From Candidatus Levyibacteriota bacterium (GTDB lineage Bacteria > Patescibacteriota > Microgenomatia > Levybacterales > UBA12049), in the NCBI GenBank assembly GCA_038253825.1, contig JBBSGT010000002.1, forward strand, positions 685-64,684: 64,000 bases of DNA, given 5' to 3'. The notes under the pieces were generated by a model, which made no database searches, was not told where the DNA came from, and saw only the letters and a list, made by a program, of their open reading frames with translations. Below are positions 21,501-30,683 of the stretch, piece by piece (positions within the stretch are counted from its first letter, which is position 1; the number at the start of each line of letters is the position of its first letter). The position numbers and the translations under genes are program-made.

Positions 21501-22713
21501 CAGCATATTTAAATTATTTGATAAGCAAGCAAGCAAAAAAGCATGGAATCAAAACAACATGCGTATTCTAATCTTTAACTGGAGAGATACAAAACACATA
21601 TATGCCGGGGGCGCTGAAGTGTATATTCATGAGTTAGCACAACGTTGGGTAAAAAACGGCAATAAAGTAACACTCTTTTCAGGAAATGACAACAATAATT
21701 CTGATTATGAAATAGTGGATGGTGTTGAAATATTTAGACGAGGTGGCACATATACTATCTATATATTTGCATTCCTCTATTACCTGCTCAAATTCCGTGG
21801 CAAATATGATGTCATAATCGATTGTGAGAATGGAATTCCTTTCTTCACACCTTTGTACGCGAAAGAACAAGTTATCTTGCTCGTTCATCATGTCCACCAA
21901 GAAATATTCCGTAACTTCTTGCGCTTTCCATTGAGCATAATTGCTGAACTTTTGGAAGGTAAGATGATGCCACTTGTTTATCAAAACAAAAACGTTGTCA
22001 CAGTCTCAGCTTCTTCACAGAAGGATATCTTTAAGCTCGGATTTACCAATGCGGGTAATATTGAAATTATTCCAAATGGTGTTTCTTCCGGCTTATTTGT
22101 TGACTATCCTAAAACCGATAACCCATCATTTGTCTATTTAGGCAGACTGAAAGAGTATAAAAATATTGATGTCGCCATTAAAGCTTTCGCAAAAGTGTTG
22201 CGTATTCACAAGAAAGCTACACTGGCAATTGTTGGTTCTGGAGAAAGTTTCCCCGTTTTAGCAGATCTGGTTACTGATTTAAATATCCATCACGCAATTA
22301 AATTCTATGGTCGTGTAAGTGAAGCTGAAAAGGCAAAATTATTAGCAAAAAGTTGGGCTGCAATTCAGCCTTCCCAAATTGAAGGCTGGGGAATAACCGT
22401 TATCGAAGCAAATGCAGCAGGTACACCTGTGATTGCCTCCAATGTTAATGGGTTGCAAGACTCAGTTGTCGATGGGCAAACAGGATTACTTGTTCAAGCT
22501 GGAAATGTAACACAATTTGCAAATGCTATGATGAAGATAGCAGAAGATGATGATGTTCGAATTTCACTTTCACAAGAAGCTCAATTATGGGCAAAGAAGT
22601 TCGATTGGGATTCAAGTGCTACAGCTTTTTATGGTCTCATCGGTAAGAACTTGGGTCAAGGTGCAATCCAGCCTTCATATACAGAAGTTGCTTTTACTTC
22701 ATCAGAAAAATAA
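18583..22713 (+). CDS. 1376 aa multi-domain glycosyltransferase: DPM1-like GT2, processive GT2 (QxxRW), an ~8-helix polytopic membrane module, and a C-terminal GT4.
   Basis: IIPVYNE...DDNSTDGT...DGDLQY; YDAEDLPD...QRSRWLKGY; C-terminal GT4 motif EGWGITVIEANAAGTPVIAS (EX7E). Confidence 0.8.
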   Translation: MIIYQLIVSYIAKYMSNKIKLFSVIIPVYNEIGNIAQFHQHLLKTLTSYKKRFEIIYIDDNSTDGTYEWLQSISLAPTIKVILKNGIKGKAYSLIQGFDVAKGDAFVMIDGDLQYPPEKIPEMIDALQISDIVVAERKKYKDSTLRKFLSKGFKTVFGKMMFGLNTDIQSGLKAFTKEVYQTIQFQPVSPWTFDLEFLYRSQQAGFSIKNVSIIFAPRLSGESKVNALNQSWEIGTNALSIKMKRKLYLPIKAVKGSMRGAGIGYKKKKYITHTTLPASLSAIETFSLSQKIFFLGFPVLLILALFMFPLPAARTIVGVLSMLYFIDALFNVFVVTRSLQKDHDIKVSDDELSLLDESKLPLYSILCPLYKEAHVVPQFLEGIAKLDYPKDKLDVMFLLEEDDLETIAAFGQMTLPYYARTVIVPDSQPKTKPKACNYGLSYAKGKYLVIFDAEDLPDPLQLKKAVIGFKKVPADIKCLQAKLSYYNSRQNLLTRFFTAEYALWFDVTLPGLQSLNSALPLGGTSNHFETANLRELEGWDPFNVTEDADLGVRLFKHGYRTAIIDSTTYEEATSVTKNWLRQRSRWLKGYMQTYLVQMRNINSFVKNKGVWHTIIFQLTVGGKILFVLLNPFMWIITILYFSAYSIFGPVMQEIYQPPLSYFAVFSWIFGNFMFLYCYMIAVGKRGQWDLAKYVLLIPFYWVLMSTAAMVGLYQLILKPHYWEKTIHGFHLTKKNLPVPAVKPVGQPIAQPVYVAAATPVNKIKDTPFVLTMPSQINVSTFILRWLPLFAILNTDLVLARFFLPYEDAQLYIVLSLFGKAVFILSQFLSNVLTAATSKKRVSKGYLYRLLFFTFLFNWIGFVVFGLEGSYTIPALLGNTYTGIIPYMGYYLFGLTCLGLTNRLTTFNLYKKKYSYTMLSVAIILLQVPFIILHHETVYNFVRIFAYFGSINLFVLVVLQMSVVKNLIMENNFISIFKLFDKQASKKAWNQNNMRILIFNWRDTKHIYAGGAEVYIHELAQRWVKNGNKVTLFSGNDNNNSDYEIVDGVEIFRRGGTYTIYIFAFLYYLLKFRGKYDVIIDCENGIPFFTPLYAKEQVILLVHHVHQEIFRNFLRFPLSIIAELLEGKMMPLVYQNKNVVTVSASSQKDIFKLGFTNAGNIEIIPNGVSSGLFVDYPKTDNPSFVYLGRLKEYKNIDVAIKAFAKVLRIHKKATLAIVGSGESFPVLADLVTDLNIHHAIKFYGRVSEAEKAKLLAKSWAAIQPSQIEGWGITVIEANAAGTPVIASNVNGLQDSVVDGQTGLLVQAGNVTQFANAMMKIAEDDDVRISLSQEAQLWAKKFDWDSSATAFYGLIGKNLGQGAIQPSYTEVAFTSSEK

Positions 22714-22725
22714 TTATAAAGATTT

Positions 22726-23616
22726 ATGAAACATCTACCTAGTATCTCAATTGGTATCCCGGCTTATAACGAAGCAAGAAATATTAAAAAACTTCTTAAG
22801 TCGCTCCTCGCGCAAAAGGAAGTTGGTTTCCGTTTAGAATCTATTATTGTCGTTTCTGATGGAAGTTTTGATACAACAGGAATCCAAGTAAAGTCTCTCA
22901 AAGACAAACGTATTAAACTCTGGGATGACCATAAGCGACTTGGAAAATCAGCTCGGCTTAATCAACTTTTTCGCAAAAATTCAGCTGATGTATTAATACT
23001 CGCAGACGCGGATATCAAAATTGCCGATCCTAACCTTTTAAGTACCATAATAAATGATAGCGATTTTAAACATGAAGGTATTGTCGCCGTAAATGCCACA
23101 CCAACAAGGGGAAAAACATTTATCGAAAATTCACTCAATGCCGGGGCTTTTGCTGTTAAACAAATGTCGGAAGACTGGAGAAACGGTAATAACTATTTAT
23201 CCTTCAAAGGTTGTTTTCTGGCTTTGGATAAAAATTTAGTGAAGAAAATTTCTATACCTGCAACTCTTGTTAATAATGACGCATTTCTTTACTTTTCAGC
23301 GCTTGCGTATAATTACACACCTGCCTACAGAAAAAATTGCGTCGTTTATTATCGTTCACCTGCAACACTGGATGATCATATTAAACAATCATCAAGATTT
23401 AAAAGCTCAAGTGAAGAATTAAAACAATATTTCAAACTGGATTTAGAAAAAGAATATAAAACACCCATTGCAATTATGCTTAGTAGCATACTACAATCAT
23501 TAATAAAGAGACCGGTCTTTTTCCTTGCTTATCTCGGCATTAATAGTATTTCTCAAATCAAAAAGCAAACCAATATTAAGAGTACATGGAGTATTGCTTC
23601 TTCAACAAAACAGTAA
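22726..23616 (+). CDS. Family 2 glycosyltransferase, DPM1-like.
   Basis: N-terminal ISIGIPAYNEARNI motif, with DGS/DAD aspartates. Confidence 0.7.
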   Translation: MKHLPSISIGIPAYNEARNIKKLLKSLLAQKEVGFRLESIIVVSDGSFDTTGIQVKSLKDKRIKLWDDHKRLGKSARLNQLFRKNSADVLILADADIKIADPNLLSTIINDSDFKHEGIVAVNATPTRGKTFIENSLNAGAFAVKQMSEDWRNGNNYLSFKGCFLALDKNLVKKISIPATLVNNDAFLYFSALAYNYTPAYRKNCVVYYRSPATLDDHIKQSSRFKSSSEELKQYFKLDLEKEYKTPIAIMLSSILQSLIKRPVFFLAYLGINSISQIKKQTNIKSTWSIASSTKQ

Positions 23617-23641
23617 ATATCGCGTTTGACTCTTCTTATCC

Positions 23642-24733
23642 ATGAAAACCGACAAATATCAAAAATTACCATTATTTCATTTTTCTTCAGAGTTGAAGAG
23701 ACGTCATATAAAGAAAAACCTTAAGTGCGTTATCTTTGGCAATTTCGGCGCAATGAATTTAGGGGATGAAGCGATCCTCGCAGGTGAAATACAAGAGTTG
23801 CAAAAACTGCCAAATATAGCAATTACCGTTGTAGCTCGTTACCCTGAAGAAATTAAACGCTTACATCAGGTTCAAAGCATTTCACTTTATAATCTGCGTG
23901 AAATTAGACGGGCTGTAAAGAAATCTGATTTTGTCATAGTTGGTGGCGGTGGTCTTATTAATAAAGTAGAGAGAAGTTTTATTGGATTTGGATATCAGCT
24001 GTATATGTTATTTACGTTCTTTTTTCTCCCGCGTTTTTATAAACGGAAATTATATATCTTTGGTGTCGGAATTTACAGCAACGCAAATTCTCTGATCTTA
24101 CATCTTGCTTATCCATTAATTAAATACGCAAGCATAGTTACTGTTCGTGACCATCATTCTTATGCCTTTTTAAAAAGTAAAAACATTCACGCAATGCTTT
24201 ATAAAGATAATAGTTTTCTTATGGATTTAGCACCAATGGATGTTGTTATGAAAGAGGAAATATTCAAAAAAGAATATAGAAAAGATCGAGATAATATCGG
24301 TATTTCACTTGTAAAACCAGATAGTCCGGCTGAAGAAAAGCGATTGATAAATGAAATCTCAGCCTTTATACTCGATAATCATAAATATTCGGATTTTTGG
24401 TTCTATCCAGCTGATTATAATCCCGAATACGAGGGTGATCATAAACTTATGGAACGTGTTCTTATCAAGGCAAAAAAACAAACAAAAGATCCAATCATAC
24501 TTCATACAGTACCTATGAAAGCAACTCCCCAAGTTTTTTTCGGATCAATTAAATTAATGAATCGTTTTATTGCGATGCGTTTTCATGCAGCTGTTTTTGC
24601 TTATCGCAATAAAGTTCGCTTTACAGGTATATCTTATGATAAAAAAGTAGCGAGTTTTCTGGAAGCAGTCGGAAAAACTTCTTTAAGCCTCAAAACCTTC
24701 AAGGCAAAAGATATCGAAAATAGTATCTTATAG
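23642..24733 (+). CDS. Polysaccharide pyruvyl transferase family protein (CsaB/WcaK-like).
   Basis: FGNFGAMNLGDEAIL N-terminal signature followed by a GGGG loop. Confidence 0.65.
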   Translation: MKTDKYQKLPLFHFSSELKRRHIKKNLKCVIFGNFGAMNLGDEAILAGEIQELQKLPNIAITVVARYPEEIKRLHQVQSISLYNLREIRRAVKKSDFVIVGGGGLINKVERSFIGFGYQLYMLFTFFFLPRFYKRKLYIFGVGIYSNANSLILHLAYPLIKYASIVTVRDHHSYAFLKSKNIHAMLYKDNSFLMDLAPMDVVMKEEIFKKEYRKDRDNIGISLVKPDSPAEEKRLINEISAFILDNHKYSDFWFYPADYNPEYEGDHKLMERVLIKAKKQTKDPIILHTVPMKATPQVFFGSIKLMNRFIAMRFHAAVFAYRNKVRFTGISYDKKVASFLEAVGKTSLSLKTFKAKDIENSIL

Positions 24734-24754
24734 TTTGCATTTCCTGAGTATTTA

Positions 24755-25609
24755 GTGTATAATGCCAGAACCTATAATCTAGGTAAGACTTTGAGTATGT
24801 ATTTATTATTTAAAATAGTAACAAGTATCAGAAAAATGGTATATCAAATACTCGGTTCACTAGACCAATTTGTTTTCCATATGAAAAATCCTGTTGTTAT
24901 CCTCTCGTATCATAGTGTTTCAAATGATGATTGGCGTTTTAGTGTAAGCGAAAAATCACTCAAAAAACAAATCGCTTATCTCAAAAAACATTTTGAGATT
25001 ATTACCCTCAAAAAACTTAGTGACCACCTTTCTGGAAAAAAGAAATTAACCCGTCCCGCCGTTGTACTTACTTTTGATGATGGGTATAAAGATATTTTGA
25101 AAATGGAAGCATATTTTAAGAAAAATAAAATTAAACCTGCATTATTTGTCCTCGCAAATAGTAAAAATCCAAATAGACAAGAATTGGGAAATAAAAAATC
25201 TTTCTTAAGTAAAAAAGAAATTCAATATTTGCACAATTCGGGTTGGGAAATTGGTTGTCACAGCGCAACACACGCAAACCTCGCAAGACTTTCTCAAAAA
25301 GAGCTTGATAAAGAAATTATGCAAGCCAAGCACAAAATGGAAAAGCAATTAGGATTTTCTATCCCCTATTTTGCTTATCCTCGTGGTAAATATAATGCAA
25401 ACGTAGTACGCTTAGTAAAAGTTGCGAACTTTTTAATGGGCTTTACTATGGATGATGGTATTATCAAACCAAATCGTGATGTATATACAATCCCACGGGT
25501 AGGAATTGATAGCACGCATACTTTTAGTGAATTCATTAATACTTTTTCTCCTTCAGTTGTCCGTTTTCGAGGTTTAATAAAGCGAAGTTCTGTGGGGAGG
25601 TATTTATGA
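24755..25609 (+). CDS. Polysaccharide deacetylase (NodB family).
   Basis: VVLTFDDGYKD (TFDDG motif) and HSATH. The true start may be the internal Met near 24881. Confidence 0.7.
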   Translation: MYNARTYNLGKTLSMYLLFKIVTSIRKMVYQILGSLDQFVFHMKNPVVILSYHSVSNDDWRFSVSEKSLKKQIAYLKKHFEIITLKKLSDHLSGKKKLTRPAVVLTFDDGYKDILKMEAYFKKNKIKPALFVLANSKNPNRQELGNKKSFLSKKEIQYLHNSGWEIGCHSATHANLARLSQKELDKEIMQAKHKMEKQLGFSIPYFAYPRGKYNANVVRLVKVANFLMGFTMDDGIIKPNRDVYTIPRVGIDSTHTFSEFINTFSPSVVRFRGLIKRSSVGRYL

Positions 25610-27192
25610 ACAAGTGGTTAGCAAATAAAAAAATTAAAATCTTAGGATATGTTCTGTTCACGTTTTTCTGCGCTTTAGTTTTGACATTATCAGTTCGTGG
25701 ACTTCCGGGCAATCCTGACACGAGTCAACTTAACAGATTAACCTGGAAAGATAACGGACCCCTAGAATTATCACCAGAACGTGGCCGTTACGCGTTGACA
25801 TACGCTATTGCAGAGACACATAAATTCAGTTTTTCACCTGATTTAGCGCGTTTTGCTGCGCCGGACGTGGGCTTTCTCAATGGACAATATGTCTCTCTGT
25901 TCGCGCCTACTGTATCATTTATTATTCTTCCCGGGTATTTGCTAGGAAAAGCAGTTGGGTTTGCACAAGTGGGAAGTTTTGCTGTGATTGCTTTATTTGC
26001 TTTGTTTAATGTCTATCTTATTCGTTCGATTTCCATAAAATTGGGCGCACACCCATTAGCTGGATTGATTGCTGGATTAGTATTCCTTTTTGCGACGCCT
26101 GCTTTTGCCTATGCCGTCACACTGTACCAACACCACATCTCAACATTTATCATTTTATCTGGTATTTATCTGTTAATTAGCTTTGACTCAGTGTGGGCGC
26201 TTATTGGTATTTGGATGCTTTGTGCTTTATCAATTTCGGTTGATTACCCGAATTTCTTTATGATGTTACCTATCGGCATCGGTGCGTTAGGTCGAACCAT
26301 CATAGCTAAAAAGCAACAGTATGGTTACGTTGTTAAAATCCCTGTTATGCGGGTTCTTGCGTTACTTACCATGATTATTCCATTGGCTTTCTTCTTATGG
26401 TTTAACAATGCTTCTTACGGAAGTCCTTTCCAATTATCAGGTACTGTAGATCGTTCGGTCCAAATTAATCCAAATGGTTCTCCTGTTTTGGAAAGTGAAC
26501 AGGTTAAAGCCCGGTTAAAATCAGCCGGCCAGCCTGCAGTAATTCCGCAAAAAAGTGCGTTAGGAGCATTTAATAGTCGGCTTATTATGCAAGGATTTTA
26601 TATTTATTTCTTCAGTCCAGATCGTGGAATAATTGTTTATACGCCTGTTATGCTTTTTGGATTTGCCGGTTTATTCCTAGCGCTCAAACAGAAACTGAAA
26701 TATACATGGTTATTGGTAGCAGTCATTGGATTTAATATTTTATTATACTCTATGTGGGATGATCCATATGGGGGTTGGGCATTTGGTTCACGTTATTTAA
26801 TCCCCTCATATGGAGTCCTGTCAATTTTCTTAGCGTATATATTGACCAGACTTTCAAAATATAATCTCTTTTTACTTTTCTTCTTCGCGATATATGTGTA
26901 TTCAGTAAGTGTCAATACACTTGGAGCACTTACCTCAAACAGAAATCCGCCCCAAGTCGAAGCTGTTGCTCTCTCTAAAGTAACGGGGCATGATGAACCA
27001 TATACCTACATCCGAAATCTGAATATTCTAAACTCAAATGAATCTAAATCAATCGTGTTTGATACGTATGCCACAAATTATATGAGTGCATGGAATTATT
27101 ATAGTTATGTAATGGTTCTTATTATTGTTGTCTCAGCGTTTTTACTGATGACATTGAAGTCGGTAACGAAAGGAGTTAAACATGCACTTTAA
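25606..27192 (+). CDS. Polytopic membrane protein; putative GT-C-type (ArnT/PMT-like) glycosyltransferase.
   Basis: 528 aa with at least 11 transmembrane helices and a large first extracytoplasmic loop with conserved acidic/aromatic residues; its start overlaps the upstream stop. Confidence 0.5.
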   Translation: MNKWLANKKIKILGYVLFTFFCALVLTLSVRGLPGNPDTSQLNRLTWKDNGPLELSPERGRYALTYAIAETHKFSFSPDLARFAAPDVGFLNGQYVSLFAPTVSFIILPGYLLGKAVGFAQVGSFAVIALFALFNVYLIRSISIKLGAHPLAGLIAGLVFLFATPAFAYAVTLYQHHISTFIILSGIYLLISFDSVWALIGIWMLCALSISVDYPNFFMMLPIGIGALGRTIIAKKQQYGYVVKIPVMRVLALLTMIIPLAFFLWFNNASYGSPFQLSGTVDRSVQINPNGSPVLESEQVKARLKSAGQPAVIPQKSALGAFNSRLIMQGFYIYFFSPDRGIIVYTPVMLFGFAGLFLALKQKLKYTWLLVAVIGFNILLYSMWDDPYGGWAFGSRYLIPSYGVLSIFLAYILTRLSKYNLFLLFFFAIYVYSVSVNTLGALTSNRNPPQVEAVALSKVTGHDEPYTYIRNLNILNSNESKSIVFDTYATNYMSAWNYYSYVMVLIIVVSAFLLMTLKSVTKGVKHAL

Positions 27193-28810
27193 TATCAGAA
27201 CATTTTCATTACAATTTTCAATCAACAATAAACCCGTAGAGGCAGCAAAAAAGTTATTTGAAAATCATGCAACAGTCATCCTCTTTTTCATGTTGAGTAT
27301 GATTTCTATTGCGAGCTTCTTATACTTTCTTTCAAATCATTTAGGTGTTGCATACAATGATGCCAGGTCACATTTGGATATTGCCCGTCGTGTTGTCGAA
27401 AATCTTAAACCCGGATTTGCTCAGCTAGGGAGTGTTTGGTTACCGCTTCCTCATTTACTTGCTACGTTGACAGTTTGGAATGACACGATGTGGCATACAG
27501 GACTGGCTGGCGCATTACAATCAATGATTTCGTATGTTGCCACAGGTATTCTTATTTACCGCATTTTGCAAGCACTGGGCGTTACTCTTTATGGTCGATT
27601 AGTAGGTGTTATTGTCTTTGCTTTGAATTTGAATATTATTTACATGCAATCTACAGCGATGACGGAGTTACTGCTTCTCGGTACGATGACTGCCGGCGTC
27701 TATGAATTAATCCAGTGGCACAAAGAAGAAAAAATGACACGACTTCTTATGTCAGGATTGTGGATTATGCTTTCAACGATGATTCGTTATGATGGTTGGT
27801 TTCTCCTTTTCTTTGCCACCATATTGATTATCATTCAGACCATGCGAAAACATAATTATAAAACTACAGAGGGTGTCGTGGTAATCTTCGGAACCTTGGC
27901 TGGATTTGGTATATTCCTCTGGTTTTTCTGGAATTTGATAATTTTTAAAGATCCACTTTACTTTATCTTAGGACCTTATGCAGCGGGAACACAACAACAA
28001 CAGTTGGCTGATGCTGGTGTTCTTGCAACCAAGCATAACCTGCCATTCTCACTCCAAACTTATATCTACGCTATCTTTTATAACAGTGGCGTCTTCACAA
28101 CGATTTTGGCATTTATAGGGGTTATTTTATTCTGGTTTGATAAAAAAATTAGTAAAGAGTTACGATATGCTGCAACTGCACTTTTAGCGCCATTTATATT
28201 CAATGTCCTTTCGCTTTACTTAGGACAATCAGTACTCTTTGTTCAAGGGTTACATGGAAATTCTTGGTTTAACGTCCGTTATGGTTTAATGATGATACCT
28301 TCAATTGCTGTATTTGTCGGTTATCTGACACAGCGAGTAAAACCAGTACGCTATGTCATTTTAGCGTTATTACTTTTTGTGACTTTTTTCAGTTATGTTA
28401 ATCGTGATGCCGTGACTATTGATGATGCTGTATTTGGTGCAAGTGGTAAAAATGTATCACAAGTTAGTAGCTGGCTGAATCAACATGTACCTAACAAGCC
28501 GGGATTTGTCTTAATATCAGTTGCTTCCCATGATGCTATTATTTTCTCTTCAGGTTTACCGATGAGCCGATTTATTCATGAAGGAACTGGTTTGTATTGG
28601 AATGCGGCTATAGCTCACCCTGTGCATTGGGCTCGCTGGATTATTTTGCGCACTGGTGATGCAAACGATCAAACATATAGATTATTGCATAATAATCGAG
28701 AATTCAAGAATGATTATACATTAACAGACCATTATCCTTTTGCTGACATTTATGAAATTAAGCCGCAATACGTGAAAGATCTTCACATCAAACCTTCCCT
28801 GGAACTCTAA
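27182..28810 (+). CDS. Family A membrane protein, paralog 2.
   Basis: Carries the family motif YNDARSHLDIARRVVENLKPGFAQLGSVWLPLPHLL. Confidence 0.65.
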   Translation: MHFNIRTFSLQFSINNKPVEAAKKLFENHATVILFFMLSMISIASFLYFLSNHLGVAYNDARSHLDIARRVVENLKPGFAQLGSVWLPLPHLLATLTVWNDTMWHTGLAGALQSMISYVATGILIYRILQALGVTLYGRLVGVIVFALNLNIIYMQSTAMTELLLLGTMTAGVYELIQWHKEEKMTRLLMSGLWIMLSTMIRYDGWFLLFFATILIIIQTMRKHNYKTTEGVVVIFGTLAGFGIFLWFFWNLIIFKDPLYFILGPYAAGTQQQQLADAGVLATKHNLPFSLQTYIYAIFYNSGVFTTILAFIGVILFWFDKKISKELRYAATALLAPFIFNVLSLYLGQSVLFVQGLHGNSWFNVRYGLMMIPSIAVFVGYLTQRVKPVRYVILALLLFVTFFSYVNRDAVTIDDAVFGASGKNVSQVSSWLNQHVPNKPGFVLISVASHDAIIFSSGLPMSRFIHEGTGLYWNAAIAHPVHWARWIILRTGDANDQTYRLLHNNREFKNDYTLTDHYPFADIYEIKPQYVKDLHIKPSLEL

Positions 28811-28833
28811 TTATTTTCGGGTATAATAAATAT

Positions 28834-29832
28834 ATGACCTTTACCCGGGGAGAAAAAATTTATATTTTCGTTACCTTTCTCGTTGGCATGAGTATTTTTT
28901 CCTTACTTATTTTGCCTAGCCAAAATAACAAACTCCATATGAAACAGACACAATGGCAAATACAATCAATTGATACTATGAAATATTCTCGTGATATGGC
29001 GAAATATAATGCGAGCAATGTGAAATATACTACTGAGGTCAAAAAACAAGTTGCAGATATTGCGAATACAGGCGCAAATTATATTGCGATTGATACGCCT
29101 TATGATGACGAATTTCTTCCGGTATTGAATTTATGGGTATACACAGCAAGAGAACATGGGTTACATATATGGTTCAGGGGAAACTGGTCAGGTTGGGAAG
29201 GTTGGTTTGGGTATAATCGCATTGATGAGCAAACACATCTAGCAAAAACAAAGCAATTTATTAAAGAAAATAAAGATCTTTTTCAAGATGGAGATATATT
29301 TAGCTCCTGTCCGGAATGTGAAAATGGTGATGCGAAGCTCAATTTAGCTAATCAGCAGTCAGTTGCTGCCTATCGACAATTTCTTATTGAAGAATATCAG
29401 GCAACCAAAGATGCATTTGTAGATATCCATAAAAATGTCGCCAGTAACTATTTTTCAATGAATACAGACGTTGCCCGAGAGATCATGGATAGAGAAACAA
29501 CTATTCAGCTTGATGGACTTGTTGTCATTGACCACTATGTTTTAACGCCTGAGCAATTGGCAAATGATGTTTCATTAATTGCTCTGCAAAGTGGCGGAAA
29601 TATTATGTTGGGAGAAATGGGTGCACCAATTCCCAGTATTCATGGCGCAATGACTGATGAACAACAAAGGCAATGGCTTGAGCAATCTTTACACGAGCTC
29701 TCTCAAATAGGTAAATTAAACGGCATAAACTACTGGGTTAATAAAGGTGGTTCGACCGCATTATGGAGACCAGATGGTTCTCCCAAGCCCGCCGTAGCCG
29801 TCATAAAATCCTATTTCACCAAAAACCAATAA
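28834..29832 (+). CDS. Secreted family B protein; putative clan GH-A-like glycoside hydrolase.
   Basis: Signal-anchor helix, the motifs WQIQSIDTMK, GANYIAIDTPYD and WFRGNWSGWEGWF, and candidate catalytic glutamates in CPECENG and GEMGAPIP. Confidence 0.55.
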   Translation: MTFTRGEKIYIFVTFLVGMSIFSLLILPSQNNKLHMKQTQWQIQSIDTMKYSRDMAKYNASNVKYTTEVKKQVADIANTGANYIAIDTPYDDEFLPVLNLWVYTAREHGLHIWFRGNWSGWEGWFGYNRIDEQTHLAKTKQFIKENKDLFQDGDIFSSCPECENGDAKLNLANQQSVAAYRQFLIEEYQATKDAFVDIHKNVASNYFSMNTDVAREIMDRETTIQLDGLVVIDHYVLTPEQLANDVSLIALQSGGNIMLGEMGAPIPSIHGAMTDEQQRQWLEQSLHELSQIGKLNGINYWVNKGGSTALWRPDGSPKPAVAVIKSYFTKNQ

Positions 29833-29936
29833 ATCTTATAAGACTTCTTTAGGCATCTCTATTCTTTGTACAAACCCATGTTATTTCTGGCTAAAGCTTT
29901 ACATTCTATGTACAATAAGTAATATAGTAATTCCCT

Positions 29937-29965
29937 ATTGACAATTATATATTACTCTGTTACAA
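29937..29965 (+). promoter_or_regulatory. Near-consensus sigma70-type promoter (TTGACA-17-TACAAT).
   Basis: TTGACA at 29937-29942, a 17-nt spacer and TACAAT at 29960-29965, about 60 nt upstream of the sortase-substrate gene. Confidence 0.5.
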
Positions 29966-30026
29966 TCCTCTTTACTAAACATATAGGTTTATTAAATTAT
30001 ATATAATCTATCTGTTAGAGAATACT

Positions 30027-30683
30027 ATGTATAAAAAAATATTATTAATGACACCAATCGCTGCGACACTCTTTATGAGTGCAGCTCTTCCTGTGTACGC
30101 AAATCCTATTCCACAATTCGGATCATGTGTTAATCCACAATGGGCACAAACTCAAGTTAATTATGGAGATAGTCATGGTGTCGTTGGTGTCAATAAATTT
30201 CCTGGTGTAGACAGTATTTATTCTTCAAATGGAAATACGATGCAATGCCTCTGTACGAATACAGGTGAAGGTTACCAAACAAATTGGTTAAAAGCCTCAA
30301 ACTATTCTCATGATCAAATTGAATCCTTGCAAGCACAAGGTTGGATCTATATATCGGAAGCAGAAGCTAAGGATAGCTGGGGTTTGGAATCAGGTCCTTA
30401 TCTTGCGAAAAATGAGACCTATGCATGCACAGCTTGTACACCAACTCCTACCGTAACACCCACAGGTACGCTTACTCCTACACCAACAGTGACAACACCC
30501 GGACCAACAGCAACACCAGGACCCGGCGCTACTGCAACGCCTGAAACAAAAGTACAAGGTGCCTCTGCAAACAACAATAATGTCTTGGCTTCCACAGGAA
30601 ATGCTTTAGTTATCTACGTTTCACTCCTTGCCGGAGCAGTATCCTTGATCTTGGGATTGTTCCTGAAAAAGTTTGGTAAATAA
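30027..30683 (+). CDS. Secreted Cys-containing surface protein with a Thr/Pro linker and a C-terminal LASTG (LAXTG-type) cell-wall sorting signal.
   Basis: Signal peptide (AATLFMSAALPVYA), six Cys residues, a TPTPTVTPTG linker, then LASTG followed by a hydrophobic helix and a KKFGK tail. Confidence 0.7.
   Translation: MYKKILLMTPIAATLFMSAALPVYANPIPQFGSCVNPQWAQTQVNYGDSHGVVGVNKFPGVDSIYSSNGNTMQCLCTNTGEGYQTNWLKASNYSHDQIESLQAQGWIYISEAEAKDSWGLESGPYLAKNETYACTACTPTPTVTPTGTLTPTPTVTTPGPTATPGPGATATPETKVQGASANNNNVLASTGNALVIYVSLLAGAVSLILGLFLKKFGK

Noticed and set aside
22547-22729. 60-aa ORF at the 3' end of the 1376-aa gene.
   Set aside because: It is an alternative frame inside the GT4 domain coding region.
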